Assembly (NCBI GenBank): GCA_963727445.1
Contig: CAVSGI010000020.1
Coordinates: forward strand, 288,001-352,000
From: an uncultured delta proteobacterium
GTDB taxonomy: Bacteria > Myxococcota_A > Polyangia > Polyangiales > B10-G4
Reading direction: 5' to 3'
Length of the DNA stretch: 64,000 bases
In this document: positions 62,993-64,000 of the stretch, piece after piece
How the letters are laid out: each line of letters opens with the position of its first letter
How positions within the stretch are numbered: position 1 is the first letter of the stretch
Translations under genes and position numbers: made by a program
Notes under the pieces: model-generated
The model's input: only the letters and a program-made list of their open reading frames with translations
Told to the model about the DNA's origin: nothing
Database searches by the model: none

Positions 62993-64000
62993 ATGATTCG
63001 CTTTCACCAGACCTTCGGTGCTCACGCGGGGCGCGTGACGGAGCTGGACAAGGACAAGATCTCTTTCGGCCGCATGCCCGACTGTGACGTGGCTTTCGAC
63101 CCGCAGGCCGATCTCGATGCCTCGGGCCGCCACGCCGAGGTGGTGCATCAGGGGGGCAGCTGGCACGTCATCGACTCGGGCTCGCGCAACGGTACCTGGC
63201 TCAACGGGCAGAAGGTCCAACGCGCCGTCCTCTCCTCCGGCGACGAGATCGAGTTCGGTATGGGTGGCCCGCGGGTGCGGGTCGAAATCGTCGACGCCGG
63301 ATTGCAGGCTGCGGGACCGCGTCAGGTCACGGGCCCGATGACACCGGCGCCGGCCGGCGGCAACACCCGCCCCGACGTTCGGACCGCGGCGGCGACCCCG
63401 GTGCCCCGTGGCCTGGGCGCTGTGGACGGGAGCGCGCCGACCATGGCGGCGATGGCCACGCCGACGCCCGCGGTGGCGAGCAAGCCGGGGGTGGGATTCG
63501 ACGAGCCGCCCACGAGCGCCGCCACGCCGAACGCGCTCGGCACCAGCGGAACGCCGTCGCCGCCCAGCTCCCCGGGTCCTGCGACGCCCATCGCCGGCGG
63601 CGTCGGTCCCCCGCCTTCGGGCGGTTTCGGCTCCGCCCCCCCGTCGTCGGCCCCCGGCTCTTCGCCCAAGCAGTACGGCGAGCGAACGGTGGGGCTCATG
63701 ATCCAGGCCGCCATCGCGCAACAGGCCGCCGCCGTTCCCAAGCACAAGTCGACCGAAGAGATACGCGCCATCGCCGCGTCCACCGGGGCGCGGGGCGAAT
63801 CGGGTGGCGGGCTCAAGCTGATCATCGCCATCCTGGTCTTTCTGATCATCGCGCTCCTCGTGGGCGGCGGCTTCGTCGTCTACTACCTGACCCGCGGCGG
63901 TGGCAGCACGACCGGCGGTGAGACGGGGGGCGGAGCCAATCTCGAGGCGACCGCGCTCTCCATCTCCACTCGGAGCGCGCCCGCGCTCTACGTGCTCGTC
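62993..64000 (+). CDS. FHA-domain membrane protein, partial (runs off right edge)
   Basis: Absent from the ORF track. MIRFHQTFGAHAG..ISFGRMPDCDV..ASGRHAEV..GSRNGTWLNG..GDEIEFG; Pro-rich linker; TM LIIAILVFLIIALLVGGGFVVYY. Confidence 0.88.
   Translation, partial: MIRFHQTFGAHAGRVTELDKDKISFGRMPDCDVAFDPQADLDASGRHAEVVHQGGSWHVIDSGSRNGTWLNGQKVQRAVLSSGDEIEFGMGGPRVRVEIVDAGLQAAGPRQVTGPMTPAPAGGNTRPDVRTAAATPVPRGLGAVDGSAPTMAAMATPTPAVASKPGVGFDEPPTSAATPNALGTSGTPSPPSSPGPATPIAGGVGPPPSGGFGSAPPSSAPGSSPKQYGERTVGLMIQAAIAQQAAAVPKHKSTEEIRAIAASTGARGESGGGLKLIIAILVFLIIALLVGGGFVVYYLTRGGGSTTGGETGGGANLEATALSISTRSAPALYVLV

Overview
This is a high-GC bacterial chromosomal window. Its gene content points to a myxobacterium of the Polyangia/Sandaracinaceae type (inference): Hanks-type kinases, FHA proteins, PP2C, TPR/PEGA proteins, many Cys-rich lipoproteins and a PilZ-REC-DUF4388 protein. 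Housekeeping genes (proS, purB-purC-purS, sfsA, cyaY, ppk1, ABC-F, ADP-forming acyl-CoA ligase, threonine aldolase) are interleaved with many secreted or lipoprotein genes of unknown function. A tRNA-Thr(CGT) at 49565-49637 (-) is followed by a decayed tyrosine-integrase fragment and a DUF222/HNH gene. Twelve reading-frame breaks in eight genes, including essential proS, are most simply sequencing indels; 11 of the 12 are single extra bases. No CRISPR array or rRNA was seen. The most notable unexplained structures are: (1) three copies of a perfect 16-bp palindrome inside the DUF222-HNH coding sequence; (2) a TANNNT box 6-8 nt upstream of at least 13 start codons, suggesting widespread leaderless transcripts; (3) a 48-bp-arm intergenic hairpin; (4) a lipoprotein fused through a C-x-x-GRRP junction to a diiron ferritin-like domain; (5) two TPR plus Cys-rich-lipoprotein cassettes around a kinase, one carrying a c-type cytochrome on a Cys-repeat stalk; (6) recurrent short motifs after lipoprotein signal peptides (GK[AY]D and D-[AGST]-x linkers). 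All calls come from reading the sequence; no database search was run.
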